This document shows, piece by piece, positions 9,273 to 19,736 of a stretch of 64,000 bases of DNA; the first letter of the stretch is position 1, and every line of letters starts with the position of its first letter. The notes under the pieces were generated by a model. It ran no database searches and was not told the DNA's origin. It worked only from the letters and a program-made list of their open reading frames with translations. The translations under genes and the position numbers were made by a program. Source of the DNA: an uncultured Methylomirabilota bacterium (GTDB taxonomy: Bacteria; Methylomirabilota; Methylomirabilia; Methylomirabilales; 2-02-FULL-66-22); the NCBI GenBank assembly GCA_963845565.1, contig CAWJSJ010000001.1, positions 896,001 to 960,000 on the forward strand, in the 5' to 3' direction.

Positions 9273-11219
9273 TTACTGTAATGATTTTGTCATCAGATCT
9301 GATATCAATCGCCCATAGCTCGCTCCATCCGGCAATTGGCTTCCCTCGGACAGCAGCGCCTGCCCATACAAGAGGCGAGCGTAGTTTTGCAGTTCCGGCG
9401 CCTTGGCGTCGCGCTCAATCCGGCTCCGAAGCTTGATGAGGAGGTCATGCTTCGGATTCACCTCCAGGATGCGTTTCGTCCGTTCCGTCTTGTGGCCCAT
9501 TCGCCGCATCAATTCATCGAGTTGAGGACTGAAATCCTTTTCCTCGTTCACCAGGCAGACGGGAGACGCCACCAGCCGTGTCGAGAGCCGCACCTCCTTG
9601 ACGTCGTCCGCCAGAGCCTCCCGCAGCCAGTCCAGAACGGGTTGGTAGGCGCCCTCCGCCTCCTGACGGGCGTGCTCCCCCGCCGCCTTCTCGTCCTTCG
9701 GCCCCAAGGCCACCTCGCCCTTCCCCACTGATTGGAATTTGTGTCCCGAGAATTCCATGCCGGCGCTGGTCCAGAATTCATCGACAGGGTCGGTCAGGTA
9801 CAGGACCTCATACCCCTTCTCGCGAAACGCTTCCAGATGGGGTGACTGCGCCACGGCTTCGCGGGTGAGACCCGTCAGATAGTAAATGACCTCCTGACCC
9901 GGTTGCATTCGGGCGACGTACTCCGCCAGCGTGGTGACACCATCGCCGCTCTGACTCGAGGGGCTTACGACGAGCTGCAGCAGCGTTTCCTTCCGGTCCT
10001 GTTCCTCCCTGCCGTACAGCCCCTGCTTGAGGATCGCGCCGAATTCTTTCCAAAACGTCAGATACCGATCGCGATCGTTCTGGAGCAGGCCCTTGAGGGT
10101 GTCGAGAACCTTGCGTACCAGGAAGCTGCGGATGGCCCGGATCTGTCGATCCTGCTGGAGGATCTCCCGCGACACGTTGAGGGAGAGACCCTCCGAGTCC
10201 ACCACCCCTCGCACAAACCGGAGATAGTCGGGAATCAGTTCCCGGCAATCGTCCATGATGAACACCCGCTTGACGTAGAGCTGAATCCCATGGTGCTTGT
10301 CGCCGTGCAGCAACGCATCCCAGGGCTGATGGGACGGGAGAAACAACAGGACGTTGGCCTCGAAACGCCCCTCCATGCGCGCCGCGATGGTTTCCAGGGG
10401 ATTCGTCCAGTCGTGCGAGATGTGCTTGTAGAACTCCTGGTACTCCTGCTCCGACACCTCGCTCTTGGGCCGGGCCCAGACCGCCTTCATGGAGTTGAGC
10501 GTCTCTTCATGCCGCACAGCCTCTTCTTTGGCGCCCGGCTTCGGCTTCCCGTCAGCCCCTTTTTCGACCTCCCGCCGTTCGACCGGCAGCCGGATCGGAT
10601 ACGCGACGAAGTCTGAATACTTCTTCACGATCTCGCGGACGACCCATTCATCCGTGTAATCCCGTATCCCGTCGTCCTCGTCCACGGGCTTGAGAAAGAC
10701 GGTCACGCTGGTCCCGCCGCTTTCCCGTTCGGCCTCCTCCACCGTGAAGGCGCCCTCCCCCCGCGATTCCCACCGTGTCGCACGCGCCTCCCCTGCACGG
10801 CGACTCACCACCACGATGCGCTCCGCCACCATGAACGTGGCGTAGAACCCGACGCCGAATTGGCCGATCAGTTCCGGCGGTAGCGCGCGATCCTTTCGAT
10901 CGGTGAGCAGCCGCAGGAATTCCTGGGTCCCGGACCGGGCAATCGTCCCCAGATTCTGGACCATTTCCTCTTGTGTCATTCCGATGCCGTTGTCGTGCAC
11001 CGTCAACGCGCGCCGCCTCTTGTCGATCTCGAGACCGATCTGGAGCTCGTCCTGGGGCATCCATTCCGGATGCGTCAGGTTTTCAAAGCGTAACCGGTCG
11101 AGAGCGTCGGAAGCGTTGGAGATCAGCTCACGCAAGAAAATGTCCTTGTGCGAATAGAGCGAATGGATCATCAGATCCAGCAACTGCTTCACTTCCGCCT
11201 GGAATTCGTGTCGTTCCAT
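9273..11219 (-). CDS. htpG: Molecular chaperone HtpG (Hsp90)
   Basis: FQAEVKQLLDLMIHSLYS, FLRELISNASDALD, DNGIGM, LGTIARSGT, IGQFGVGFY, LYVKRVFI. Confidence 0.98.
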   Translation of the reverse strand: MERHEFQAEVKQLLDLMIHSLYSHKDIFLRELISNASDALDRLRFENLTHPEWMPQDELQIGLEIDKRRRALTVHDNGIGMTQEEMVQNLGTIARSGTQEFLRLLTDRKDRALPPELIGQFGVGFYATFMVAERIVVVSRRAGEARATRWESRGEGAFTVEEAERESGGTSVTVFLKPVDEDDGIRDYTDEWVVREIVKKYSDFVAYPIRLPVERREVEKGADGKPKPGAKEEAVRHEETLNSMKAVWARPKSEVSEQEYQEFYKHISHDWTNPLETIAARMEGRFEANVLLFLPSHQPWDALLHGDKHHGIQLYVKRVFIMDDCRELIPDYLRFVRGVVDSEGLSLNVSREILQQDRQIRAIRSFLVRKVLDTLKGLLQNDRDRYLTFWKEFGAILKQGLYGREEQDRKETLLQLVVSPSSQSGDGVTTLAEYVARMQPGQEVIYYLTGLTREAVAQSPHLEAFREKGYEVLYLTDPVDEFWTSAGMEFSGHKFQSVGKGEVALGPKDEKAAGEHARQEAEGAYQPVLDWLREALADDVKEVRLSTRLVASPVCLVNEEKDFSPQLDELMRRMGHKTERTKRILEVNPKHDLLIKLRSRIERDAKAPELQNYARLLYGQALLSEGSQLPDGASYGRLISDLMTKSLQ

Positions 11220-11404
11220 GGGTTCCACCTCTCCTGGTTGAGCCGGCAATAGGTCCGCACGCGAATCCGCGTCGCGTCAGGTGAGCAATTTTAGCCGCAA
11301 ACAGGGACAATGCGCAAGGTGGGGTCGCAGGTTTTCCCCGATTCAGGTGTCGCGAAACCTTGCACCCGGACAGTACTTCCCATAGAGGATACCGATACTC
11401 CACA

Positions 11405-11433
11405 TTGACAGCTCCTCATTGCCACGCTAGTTT
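11405..11433 (+). promoter_or_regulatory. Putative sigma70 promoter for the transglutaminase-TlpA operon
   Basis: TTGACA-N17-TAGTTT. Confidence 0.6.
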
Positions 11434-11600
11434 CTCGGTAACGTGCTCGAACCGGACGGCGGTCGGCCGCCTCCGAAATCCACCCACACCAACCCGAAGC
11501 CGGTCGCGCGAAGAGGCGCGCAGACACGGGCGGTCGTCGAGGGAACCATGCACCGGGCCCTTGGCTGCCCCAGGTGTCGCGCGCGATAAGGAGATACCCC

Positions 11601-12686
11601 ATGAATCGGCGTCAGTTCCTTCGGTCGTCTGTCGCCCTCTCGGCTCTCGCGGCCGTGTCGGGCAGAATCCCCCTCGCTCGCGCCGCGGCCGGGAACGGTA
11701 CCTGGCGGACCTTCGAGGTGACGACGCAGGTCGAGGTCCTCAAGCCCGAGGGGGCCACGCGCGTCTGGGTGCCCACGCCCCTCCCGGAGGACACCCCCTA
11801 CCAGAAGCTCCTCGGGAACGGCTGGAAGGCCGATGGGGGACAGGTCGCCTTACAGACCGACCCCAAGTATGGCGCGGGAATCCTGACGGCGACGTGGCCT
11901 GCCGGCCAGAAGCCCATGCTGACCCTCACCAGCCTGTTTGCGACGCGGGACATCGCGGTCGATCTCGCGGCGCCCGGGCGGGTTCCAGCCGGAGGATCCG
12001 CGGAGCTGCAGAAATACCTCGAACCCACGGAGCTGCTCCCGACCGATGGGATCGTCAAGCAGACGGCCGACGAGATCGTGCGGGGCGCCCGGTCGGATCT
12101 GGAGAAGGCCCGCGCCATCTACGAGTGGATCGTCGATAACACCTTCCGCGATCCCAAGACGCGCGGGTGCGGGTTGGGCGACATCAAGTTCATGCTGGAG
12201 TCCAAGAACCTGAGCGGGAAGTGCGCCGACCTGAATGCGCTCTTCGTCGGCCTGGCACGGGCAGCCGGCATCCCGGCGCGGGACGTCTACGGAATCCGGG
12301 TGGCCGACTCGGCCCTCGGCTACAAGAGCCTGGGCAAGAGCGGCGATATCACCAAGGCCCAGCACTGTCGCGCCGAGGTGCATCTTGCCGATTATGGCTG
12401 GGTGCCGGTGGATCCCGCGGATGTGCGAAAGGTCGTCCTGGAAGAGGGAGGCGGGAAGCCGCTCCAGGACCCCATGGTGATCGCCGCCAGGCGGCGCCTC
12501 TTCGGAGCCTGGGAGATGAACTGGCTCGCCTACAACACCGCCCACGACCTCTTGCTGCCTGGGGCCACCCGCGGCAAGATCCCCTTCTTCATGTACCCGC
12601 AGGGCGAGACCGCCGAGGGCCGCCTCGACTGCCTCGACCCCGAGCATTTCACCTACCGGATCACGACGCGGGAACTGGCGGCGTGA
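11601..12686 (+). CDS. Tat-exported transglutaminase-like protein
   Basis: MNRRQFL twin-arginine signal; Cys-His-Asp triad GKCADLN / QHCRAE / VDPAD; AAGGAG RBS. Confidence 0.9.
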   Translation: MNRRQFLRSSVALSALAAVSGRIPLARAAAGNGTWRTFEVTTQVEVLKPEGATRVWVPTPLPEDTPYQKLLGNGWKADGGQVALQTDPKYGAGILTATWPAGQKPMLTLTSLFATRDIAVDLAAPGRVPAGGSAELQKYLEPTELLPTDGIVKQTADEIVRGARSDLEKARAIYEWIVDNTFRDPKTRGCGLGDIKFMLESKNLSGKCADLNALFVGLARAAGIPARDVYGIRVADSALGYKSLGKSGDITKAQHCRAEVHLADYGWVPVDPADVRKVVLEEGGGKPLQDPMVIAARRRLFGAWEMNWLAYNTAHDLLLPGATRGKIPFFMYPQGETAEGRLDCLDPEHFTYRITTRELAA

Positions 12687-13219
12687 TCAGGACCGCTGCA
12701 CGCCTCGTCCTCCTCTGTGGTCTCCTCCTGGGTCTGGCCGGGGCATCCGGTGCGGCCCAGGAGGTGGTCCTTCCCGTCTGGACCGGCGGACCAACCCCGC
12801 CGCTCGCCCTCACGGACCTCGACGGGCGTCTCCACGATCTGGCCGACTACCGGGGCACCGTGCTGCTGGTAAACTTCTGGGCCACCTGGTGTGGGCCATG
12901 CCGGGAGGAGCTGCCATCCCTGCAGCGACTGCGGGACACCCTGCGCGGGCGGCCGTTCGAGGTGCTGGCCGTGAATGTGAGCGAGGGCGAGCCTCGCGTG
13001 ACACGCTTCCTGGCAGACGTGCCCTTCCGCGTTCCGGTCCTCCTCGACCGGAACGGGGACGCCCAGCGCGCGTGGCGAGTTCGCGGTCTCCCCGCCACCT
13101 TCCTCCTCGACCGTCAAGGCGCCATCCGCTTCTGGTACCTGGGCGAGCTGGACTGGGCGCAGCCTGCGATCCGCCGCACCGTCGAGTCCCTGCTTCCCGC
13201 CTCAGCGAGCGCGCGCTAG
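12683..13219 (+). CDS. TlpA/ResA-like thiol:disulfide oxidoreductase
   Basis: NFWATWCGPC, GLPATF; signal peptide; GTGA overlap with upstream gene. Confidence 0.9.
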   Translation: MIRTAARLVLLCGLLLGLAGASGAAQEVVLPVWTGGPTPPLALTDLDGRLHDLADYRGTVLLVNFWATWCGPCREELPSLQRLRDTLRGRPFEVLAVNVSEGEPRVTRFLADVPFRVPVLLDRNGDAQRAWRVRGLPATFLLDRQGAIRFWYLGELDWAQPAIRRTVESLLPASASAR

Positions 13220-13966
13220 CGCGGCCTTGGCGGCACCGGTCATGAAGCGGGCATCCGTCGCGAGCGCGATGAACCGAAACCCCTCCTGGATCCGCTGGGT
13301 GACGGCGTCCGGGCTGAAGACGTGAATCCCGGATGCGACCCCGTGCCGGGCCGCGACGGTGCGGATGTGACGGATCGCCTCCTGAACCTCCGGGTCCTCC
13401 GCCTCGCCGCTCGGCTTCTTCCCCATCGAGGCGCTGAGATCCGTGGGGCCGATGAAGACCGCGTCGATCCCCGGCACGCGCATGATCTCGTCGGCGTGCT
13501 CCACCGCCCGGATATGCTCCATTTGGATGATCACCATGGTCTCGTCATTGGCCCGCGCGTAGTACGTGCCCGAGTCGGTGTCGAAGGCCATGGCCGCCAG
13601 GGAGCCACCCACGCTGCGTGTTCCGCGGGGCGGGTATTTGGCCGCGGCCACCGCCGCCTCGGCCTCGGACGCACTGTTCGTCATCGGGAACACGATCCCC
13701 CAGGCGCCCAGGTCCAGAACGCGCTTGACGTTCTCGCCGGTGTTCCAGGGGATGCGCACCAGCGGGACGCTTCCCGCCTGGGCGATCGCCTGGAACATCA
13801 GCGCCGCCGTGTCCATCGTGGTCGGGCTGTGCTCCATCTCCACGGTCAGCCAATCGAAGCCGACCCGTGCCATGAATTGCGCCGCGAAGGGATCGGGCAG
13901 CACGAGCCAGGTCCCGATGGCGGGTTTGCCCTCACGCAGCAGTTGCTTCACCGTGTTGATCCGCAT
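13202..13966 (-). CDS. HpcH/HpaI-family aldolase
   Basis: GFDWLTVEMEHS, VRIPWN, KRVLDLGA, QMEH, FIGPTDLS. Confidence 0.92.
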   Translation of the reverse strand: MRINTVKQLLREGKPAIGTWLVLPDPFAAQFMARVGFDWLTVEMEHSPTTMDTAALMFQAIAQAGSVPLVRIPWNTGENVKRVLDLGAWGIVFPMTNSASEAEAAVAAAKYPPRGTRSVGGSLAAMAFDTDSGTYYARANDETMVIIQMEHIRAVEHADEIMRVPGIDAVFIGPTDLSASMGKKPSGEAEDPEVQEAIRHIRTVAARHGVASGIHVFSPDAVTQRIQEGFRFIALATDARFMTGAAKAALARAR

Positions 13967-14064
13967 GATTCGCTCCCGGGCTGGGCCCACAGGGGACGAC
14001 ACACAGCGAGCCGGAGGGCCGGGCCATCGGCCCGCGCGTCGGCCGAGGCCGCAACGGCTCACGA

Positions 14065-15504
14065 TTACTGATATCGAATCACCCGTCCCGCCGCCGCGAG
14101 ATCGGGAAGGATACCGACACCGACCGCCGCAGTGAGCGCGGCGCCGAAGGCGGCTTCCTCGCGGTGCGCGGGTACCGCGAGCGGCAGGCCGAACGCCTCG
14201 CCGATGATGCCGGCCAGCACCGGGTTCTCGCGCACTCCGTTGCCGGCCCCGACCAGACGGGCGCAGGCGGTCCCCGTCGCGGTCATAATCCGCTCATACC
14301 CCTCACGGAACGCCCCGGCCATTCCCTCCAGGAGCGCACGGATCATGTTGGCCGGCGTGAAGTTCTCGTCCGAGATGTTGGTCCAACTGGCGCGGCGTCC
14401 CGGCTCCGCCCGGGTGCCCGTGAAGAGCGGCTCGCAACGCAGCCCGCCCGCGCCGCGTGGGGCGCCCTTGGCGAGCGCGTTCATGGCGGCGTACAGGTCC
14501 GACTCGGCGGGCGCGCTGATCACCTGCGCGGCCGCCTCCTGAAAGAAGCGCCGCAGCGTGGCGTACGACCGACCCCCGCACAACCCCGCCTCGACCAGCA
14601 GATAGCCTCCCCGGGGAAAGGGGCGCGTTTCGAGCGGCGGCACCGTGTGGATCCCGTTTGTGTATCGGCCCACCTGGCCGCCCGTGCCGACGTTCACCTG
14701 CACGGTATCCGTCCGTTCGGCGACACTCCCCAGGAAGCTCGCCTGGTTGTCTCCAAGCCCGACGCACACAGGCAGACCCGCCGCAAGTCCCGTGGCCCGC
14801 GCGGCCTCTGCCGTCAGTACGCCCAGACGGTCGCCCGCCTCGCGCACCTCGGGAAAGAGCGTCGCGGGCAACCCCAGGCGTCGAATCATCTCCGAGTCCC
14901 AACGCCGCTCCGCCAGGTGGAATAGCCCGCTGCTGGCGCCCATGGTCGGTTCGGTGACGGGCGCCTCACCTGTGAGCGTCGCCCCCAGGTAATCTGTGAT
15001 GAAGCACGCCGCGCCTTTCGCGGGCAGCGCCCCCGTCTCCTTCATCCAAAACAGGGTCACACCCATGAAGCCCGTGGCGAGCCGGCAGCCCGTTCGCCCG
15101 CACGCCCCGGCGCCCACGAGGCCCTCCGCCCGCCCGAGCCAGGTCTCGCCGCTTCCGGGAATGGGGTCGAGACCGCGCCGATCCTTCCAGCCGATGAAGG
15201 GAGTCGTCGGCTGGTGCTGATCGTTCACCAGGACAACGCCGTGCTGCTGTCCGGTCAGCCCGATGCCGGCGACCTCGCCGCGCCGCGTGCCGAGCCTGCT
15301 CGCCGCCTCCCGCATCGCCTCCAGCGCCCGCTGCCCCATGCGCCGCGCATCCCAGTCGGACCGGCCCCGACCCACCTCCGGAGCGGCGGTGATCTCCGCA
15401 TCGTTGGGAAGCGTGACACTGGCGACGACCTCGCCGCGTTCGACCTCCAGGGCCAACGCCGTGATCGTCGTCGTGCCGATGTCGAGTCCGATGGTGATGG
15501 GCAT
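14065..15504 (-). CDS. FGGY-family carbohydrate kinase, sedoheptulokinase-like
   Basis: GLDIGTTT, GLTGQQHG, GDNQASFLG, VNVGTGGQ, ETRPFP, EEAAFGAA. Confidence 0.88.
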   Translation of the reverse strand: MPITIGLDIGTTTITALALEVERGEVVASVTLPNDAEITAAPEVGRGRSDWDARRMGQRALEAMREAASRLGTRRGEVAGIGLTGQQHGVVLVNDQHQPTTPFIGWKDRRGLDPIPGSGETWLGRAEGLVGAGACGRTGCRLATGFMGVTLFWMKETGALPAKGAACFITDYLGATLTGEAPVTEPTMGASSGLFHLAERRWDSEMIRRLGLPATLFPEVREAGDRLGVLTAEAARATGLAAGLPVCVGLGDNQASFLGSVAERTDTVQVNVGTGGQVGRYTNGIHTVPPLETRPFPRGGYLLVEAGLCGGRSYATLRRFFQEAAAQVISAPAESDLYAAMNALAKGAPRGAGGLRCEPLFTGTRAEPGRRASWTNISDENFTPANMIRALLEGMAGAFREGYERIMTATGTACARLVGAGNGVRENPVLAGIIGEAFGLPLAVPAHREEAAFGAALTAAVGVGILPDLAAAGRVIRYQ

Positions 15505-15637
15505 CAGGCTCGTGTCCTCCCGCCCCCGAGCGGACCGCCGCCGCACCGCACCCGGTCGGGCGAACCGAACGGGCGAAGCCGTCCCAGTGATGGCGACGGC
15601 TCCCCTGTTCCTTTCGAGTCGCCGGCAGCCAACGCGT

Positions 15638-15871
15638 TCAGCGGCGACGCGGTGGGGCGCAGTCGGCGACGTACCGCCGCCAGGCACGGCGGGCGGTTTC
15701 CAGCGGCGCATGGGAGCAGCCCGCCCCCTGGAGTTGGCTCTCTAGGGCGGGGAGGCTGCGCGGCTCTTCCCATTCCGGGTCCCGCGCCACCGCGCGTGCA
15801 AATTCGCCAAAGACGGTCGCCTCACCTCGATATTGTAGCAGCCACTTGGTGAAACCCCTCGCTTCCGGCAT
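15638..15871 (-). CDS. YozE-like (SAM-like) small protein
   Basis: FTKWLLQYR....FGEFARAVARD..W......AWRRY resembles the YozE pattern; start could be 15895. Confidence 0.6.
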   Translation of the reverse strand: MPEARGFTKWLLQYRGEATVFGEFARAVARDPEWEEPRSLPALESQLQGAGCSHAPLETARRAWRRYVADCAPPRRR

Positions 15872-15884
15872 GCGGTCGGGTCCC

Positions 15885-16952
15885 TTATCTGCCATAGAAG
15901 AGCCGCGGCGGGTGCAGCGAGTGCCAGACTTCGTCGCAGGCGTCCAACGCCTCCTGCGACAGCCGCACGCCGACCGCGCTCATGTTCTGCTCCAGTTGCT
16001 CCACCGAGGTCGCCCCGCAGACGATCGAGGTGATGCCGGGCTTGTTGAGCACCCAGGCCAGCGCAAACTGCGACAGGGGCATGCCGTGATCGGCGGCAAT
16101 CGTCTTCAGGCGCACCACCGCGTCGAAGTCCAGGTCCGTCCAGTACTTCTCGTTGTACCGGAATCCCTGAGCGCCCATGCTGAACCGGCGCCCCTCGATC
16201 GGCGGCTTCCCCTTCTCGTACTTTCCCGACAGGAACCCGGCCGCCATCGGGCTGAACACCGCCACGCCGATCCCTTCCTCGAGGCAGAGGGGCAAGAGCT
16301 CGTATTCGATGTCCCGCGCCAGAAGGTTGAACGGCGGCTGGATGATGTCCCACCGTGCCAGGTTGTGCCTGTCGCTGATCCAGAGGGCCTTGCTGACCTG
16401 GAACGCGCGGAAATTTGAGCACCCCAGGTACCGCACCTTGCCCTGGCGGACGAGATCGTCCATCGCCCGCACCGTCTCGTCGAGCGGCGTGTCGTAGTCC
16501 GGCATGTGGGCGTAGTAGATGTCGAGGTAATCCGTCCCGAGTCGCTTCAGGATCGCCTCGACGGCCTGGAGGATGTGCTTCCGGGAGAGTCCCATGTCGT
16601 TGGGGCTCACCTGGTCGCCACCCGGCCACGGATGAAACGGTCGGGGTCGCGCCAGATCGCGCGGACCGGCGATCGTCTGTTCTCCGTACTTGGCCGCCAG
16701 ACGGCGCACGTGCCCGGCCTTGGACGCCAGCACCAGCGCGTCCCGGTTCCCCTTGATGGCTTTGCCCAGGATCTCTTCCGTCACCCCGTTGGCGTACATG
16801 TCGGCGGTGTCGATGAACGTGACACCGGCATCGATCGCCCGCCGGACGATCCGGATGGACTCCGGCTCATCCACCTGGCGGCCGAACATCATCGTGCCCA
16901 GGCAGAACGTTGACACCTTCAGCCCCGTGCGCCCCACCTTCCGATACTCCAT
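15885..16952 (-). CDS. Aldo/keto reductase (Tas-like), paralog A
   Basis: CLGTM, IDTADMY, LASK, RLGTDYLDIYYAH, GKVRYLGCSN, SPMAAG. Confidence 0.95.
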   Translation of the reverse strand: MEYRKVGRTGLKVSTFCLGTMMFGRQVDEPESIRIVRRAIDAGVTFIDTADMYANGVTEEILGKAIKGNRDALVLASKAGHVRRLAAKYGEQTIAGPRDLARPRPFHPWPGGDQVSPNDMGLSRKHILQAVEAILKRLGTDYLDIYYAHMPDYDTPLDETVRAMDDLVRQGKVRYLGCSNFRAFQVSKALWISDRHNLARWDIIQPPFNLLARDIEYELLPLCLEEGIGVAVFSPMAAGFLSGKYEKGKPPIEGRRFSMGAQGFRYNEKYWTDLDFDAVVRLKTIAADHGMPLSQFALAWVLNKPGITSIVCGATSVEQLEQNMSAVGVRLSQEALDACDEVWHSLHPPRLFYGR

Positions 16953-17012
16953 CCGCTGCCTCCTCTGCTCGCCTGCCGTTGTCCCCCTACCCAGAGCGTG
17001 ATGCGGCCCTGC

Positions 17013-17041
17013 ACGCTACCAGCCCCGGCCCGGCAGGTCAA
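17013..17041 (-). promoter_or_regulatory. Putative sigma70 promoter of AKR paralog A
   Basis: TTGACC-N17-TAGCGT with extended TGn; the same boxes are conserved upstream of paralog B. Confidence 0.7.
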
Positions 17042-17083
17042 GCCCAACCGTGCCGATTCGCGGCGGGACGACCCGGCGCGCCG

Positions 17084-17513
17084 TCACACCGCGGGCGGCG
17101 GCAGAGGGTCCCCCTCCGGCACGAACGTCAGGGCCAGACCGTTATTGCACCAGCGCTGGCCGGTGGGCGCCGGGCCGTCGTCGAAGACGTGGCCCTGGTG
17201 GCCGCCGCACCGGTTGCAATGGTACTCCGTGCGCGGCCAGAACAATCGGAAGTCCCGCCTGGTGTCCACGGCGCCCGCCACCGGCGCCGTGAAGCTGGGC
17301 CAGCCGGTGCCGCTCTCGAACTTGGCCTCGGACCGGAAAAGCGGTTGGTTGCAGGCCGCGCACAGGTAGGTCCCGGCCCGCTTCTCTCGATTCAGCGGAC
17401 TCGTGCCGGCAGGCTCCGTGGCCTCCTCGAAGAGCACGGCGTACCGTTCCGCGGGCAACGCTTCGCGCCAGGCGACGCTGCGACGTCTTCGGTGTCCGTG
17501 ACGACTCGTCCAT
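17084..17513 (-). pseudogene. msrB: Peptide-methionine (R)-S-oxide reductase MsrB with an N-terminal frameshift (real or assembly error)
   Basis: CAAC..LF, KFESGTGWPSF, RTEYHC..CGGHQGHVFDDGP, RWCNNG; the RBS-linked ATG at 17513 (MDESSRTPKTSQ) is out of frame with the core by one base near 17477. Confidence 0.8.
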
Positions 17514-17708
17514 CGTATCCCCTCCTCTGCGGCACATCCCGTCCCCATGCGGGCGCTCCTGCCGCTGGCGCGATCCTATCACGCTAATCGGCGTGCGGGG
17601 AGATCGTCCGCGGACCTGACCGTCTGGCCGTACCCAATCGTGTCCTCGGGGAGGACAGAATGGGGTACGGCGGGGCGACCCGACGATCGTCCCACCGCAC
17701 CGGAGGGA

Positions 17709-19232
17709 TTATAGAGATTCTACGTTGATGTTGGTCTTGCCGTAGCCGGCCTTCCTGAAAGCCATCCGGATGAGCGGACTACAGTACGCAAGCAGCGCAA
17801 TCAGCAGAAACACGGCCGTGATCGGCCGAGTGTAGAAGACATCAAAACTTCCGGCGGATAATACCAGCGCCTGGCGGAGGGATTTTTCGACCAGGTTCCC
17901 GAGGACCATGGCCAGGATGAGTGGCACGATCGGATAATTCAGTTTCTTCATGGCATAGCCGAGGAGGCCGAAGCCTACCATCATCCAGACCTCAACCATG
18001 CTGTTGTTCACACTGTAAGCCCCGATCGAGGCGAAGATGATGATGAACCCCATCAGGATCGAATAGGGGATCCGGAGCATCGCCACGAACAGGGGGATAA
18101 GGAATATGTTCATCAGCAAGAGAATCACATTTCCAACATACATGCTCGCGATGAGACCCCAGACCAGATCGGGTTTGGTTGTGAAGAGGAGGGGGCCCGG
18201 ACGGATGCCCCACATCATGAATCCGGCGAGCATGACAGCCGTCGTCGCGGACCCTGGCACGCCGAGAGCGAGAAGCGGAGCAAAACCGCTGATCGAGGCA
18301 GCGTTGTTGGCCGATTCCGGCGCGGCCACGCCGGCGATGTCGCCTTTTCCGAAGGTCTCCGGGTGTTTCGACGCGTTCTTTTCCGCCATGTATGCGAGGA
18401 ACGAGGCGGTGGTAATCCCGCCGGCCGGGATGAGGCCGATCAGAAAGCCGATGACGCCGCCCCGGACAATCGCCCAACGGCTCTCGACCCACTCTTGCCA
18501 CGTCAGAAAGACCTCGCTGAGTTTGAACTTCGCCTTGACCAGGTGACCGCCCTCTGGCTCCTCGATGCTGTTGAAGACCTCGGCCAGACCAAAGATCCCG
18601 CAAATGATCACGATGAAATCGATGCCGCCAAGGAGTTCAGTGATCCCAAAGGTGAGCCGGGGCATGCCGCTCACGCCGTCCATGCCGACCGTCGAGATCA
18701 AAATGCCGACGGCGGTGGATATGAGGATCTTGAACGGTGACCCGCTGCCGAAGACCGTGAGCAGGCCGAAAGCCATGACGGCGAGACCGAAATATTCCGC
18801 CGGGCCGAAACGGAGAGCAAAACTGGCCAGCGCCGGGGCAAAGGACATCAAGAGGACGATGGAGATCGTCCCAGCGATGAACGACCCGATGGCCGCAATG
18901 GAGAGCGCGGCCCCCGCTCGTCCCTTCTGGGCCATGGCATACCCGTCCACGCAGGTCATGACCGAAGAGGACTCCCCCGGGACATTGATGAGGATCGAGG
19001 TGATCGTCCCGCCATAGGCCACGCCGTAATAGATCCCGGCGAACATGATGATGGCCGAGGTCGGGTTGAGGGAAAAAGTCAGGGGGAGGAGGAGCGCGAT
19101 CGCTGTCGGCGCGCCGATCCCTGGCAGAATGCCAATCAACTGTCCGAAGAACACGCCGGCTGTGCAACAAAGGAGATTCTGCCAGGTCAGTGCAATGCTG
19201 AATCCGGTATAGAGGTTATGCAGCAGGTCCAT
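17709..19232 (-). CDS. tctA: Tripartite tricarboxylate transporter large permease TctA
   Basis: GILPGIG, YGGTITSILINVPG, GVAAPESANNA, ALGVPGS, RPGPLLF. Confidence 0.95.
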   Translation of the reverse strand: MDLLHNLYTGFSIALTWQNLLCCTAGVFFGQLIGILPGIGAPTAIALLLPLTFSLNPTSAIIMFAGIYYGVAYGGTITSILINVPGESSSVMTCVDGYAMAQKGRAGAALSIAAIGSFIAGTISIVLLMSFAPALASFALRFGPAEYFGLAVMAFGLLTVFGSGSPFKILISTAVGILISTVGMDGVSGMPRLTFGITELLGGIDFIVIICGIFGLAEVFNSIEEPEGGHLVKAKFKLSEVFLTWQEWVESRWAIVRGGVIGFLIGLIPAGGITTASFLAYMAEKNASKHPETFGKGDIAGVAAPESANNAASISGFAPLLALGVPGSATTAVMLAGFMMWGIRPGPLLFTTKPDLVWGLIASMYVGNVILLLMNIFLIPLFVAMLRIPYSILMGFIIIFASIGAYSVNNSMVEVWMMVGFGLLGYAMKKLNYPIVPLILAMVLGNLVEKSLRQALVLSAGSFDVFYTRPITAVFLLIALLAYCSPLIRMAFRKAGYGKTNINVESL

Positions 19233-19256
19233 GGGGCATTTCCCCGTCGTCTTCCT

Positions 19257-19706
19257 CTACCAGCCGATCATGCCTTTCGGTAACGGGATACTGAGCCACT
19301 GACCGAAGAGGTAATGGATACCGACGGCCGTCGCGAGCACGGTCACCCCACAGGAAACCCAGCTGTGTTTTCCCATGAGACGCATGCCGCCCGCCGTGAT
19401 GAGGGCAAGACCGGCGGAAAAGCCGAGGACCGGCAGGCTGAGAAACACGGCTACGACTAGGATGAGCACCCTGAGGCACTTCGCGGTTTCCGGTCGGAAT
19501 AACCTCTCCGATCTCTCCGTGGTTCTGAGGTCCGTGATAATGACGGGAACCGAGCAGGCCATCAGGGTGATGCCCAGCCAGAGGGGCACAAAGCCAGGCC
19601 CCGGGCCGAAGTCGCCGGTGTAGGGCAACGTCAGCCAGGCCACAACGGTGGTGGTGACTCCCAAGAGGAAAACCACCACACCCGCGATGATGTTCGCATA
19701 CCACAT
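19257..19706 (-). CDS. tctB: Tripartite tricarboxylate transporter small subunit TctB
   Basis: Multi-TM, GPGPGFVP, C-terminal WLSIPLPKG; lies between tctC and tctA. Confidence 0.88.
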   Translation of the reverse strand: MWYANIIAGVVVFLLGVTTTVVAWLTLPYTGDFGPGPGFVPLWLGITLMACSVPVIITDLRTTERSERLFRPETAKCLRVLILVVAVFLSLPVLGFSAGLALITAGGMRLMGKHSWVSCGVTVLATAVGIHYLFGQWLSIPLPKGMIGW

Positions 19707-19736
19707 CGTCATTCCCCGGCCGTAAACATTCACCGG

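Noticed and set aside
11220..11400. CIRCE element upstream of htpG
   Set aside because: No TTAGCACTC-N9-GAGTGCTAA match.
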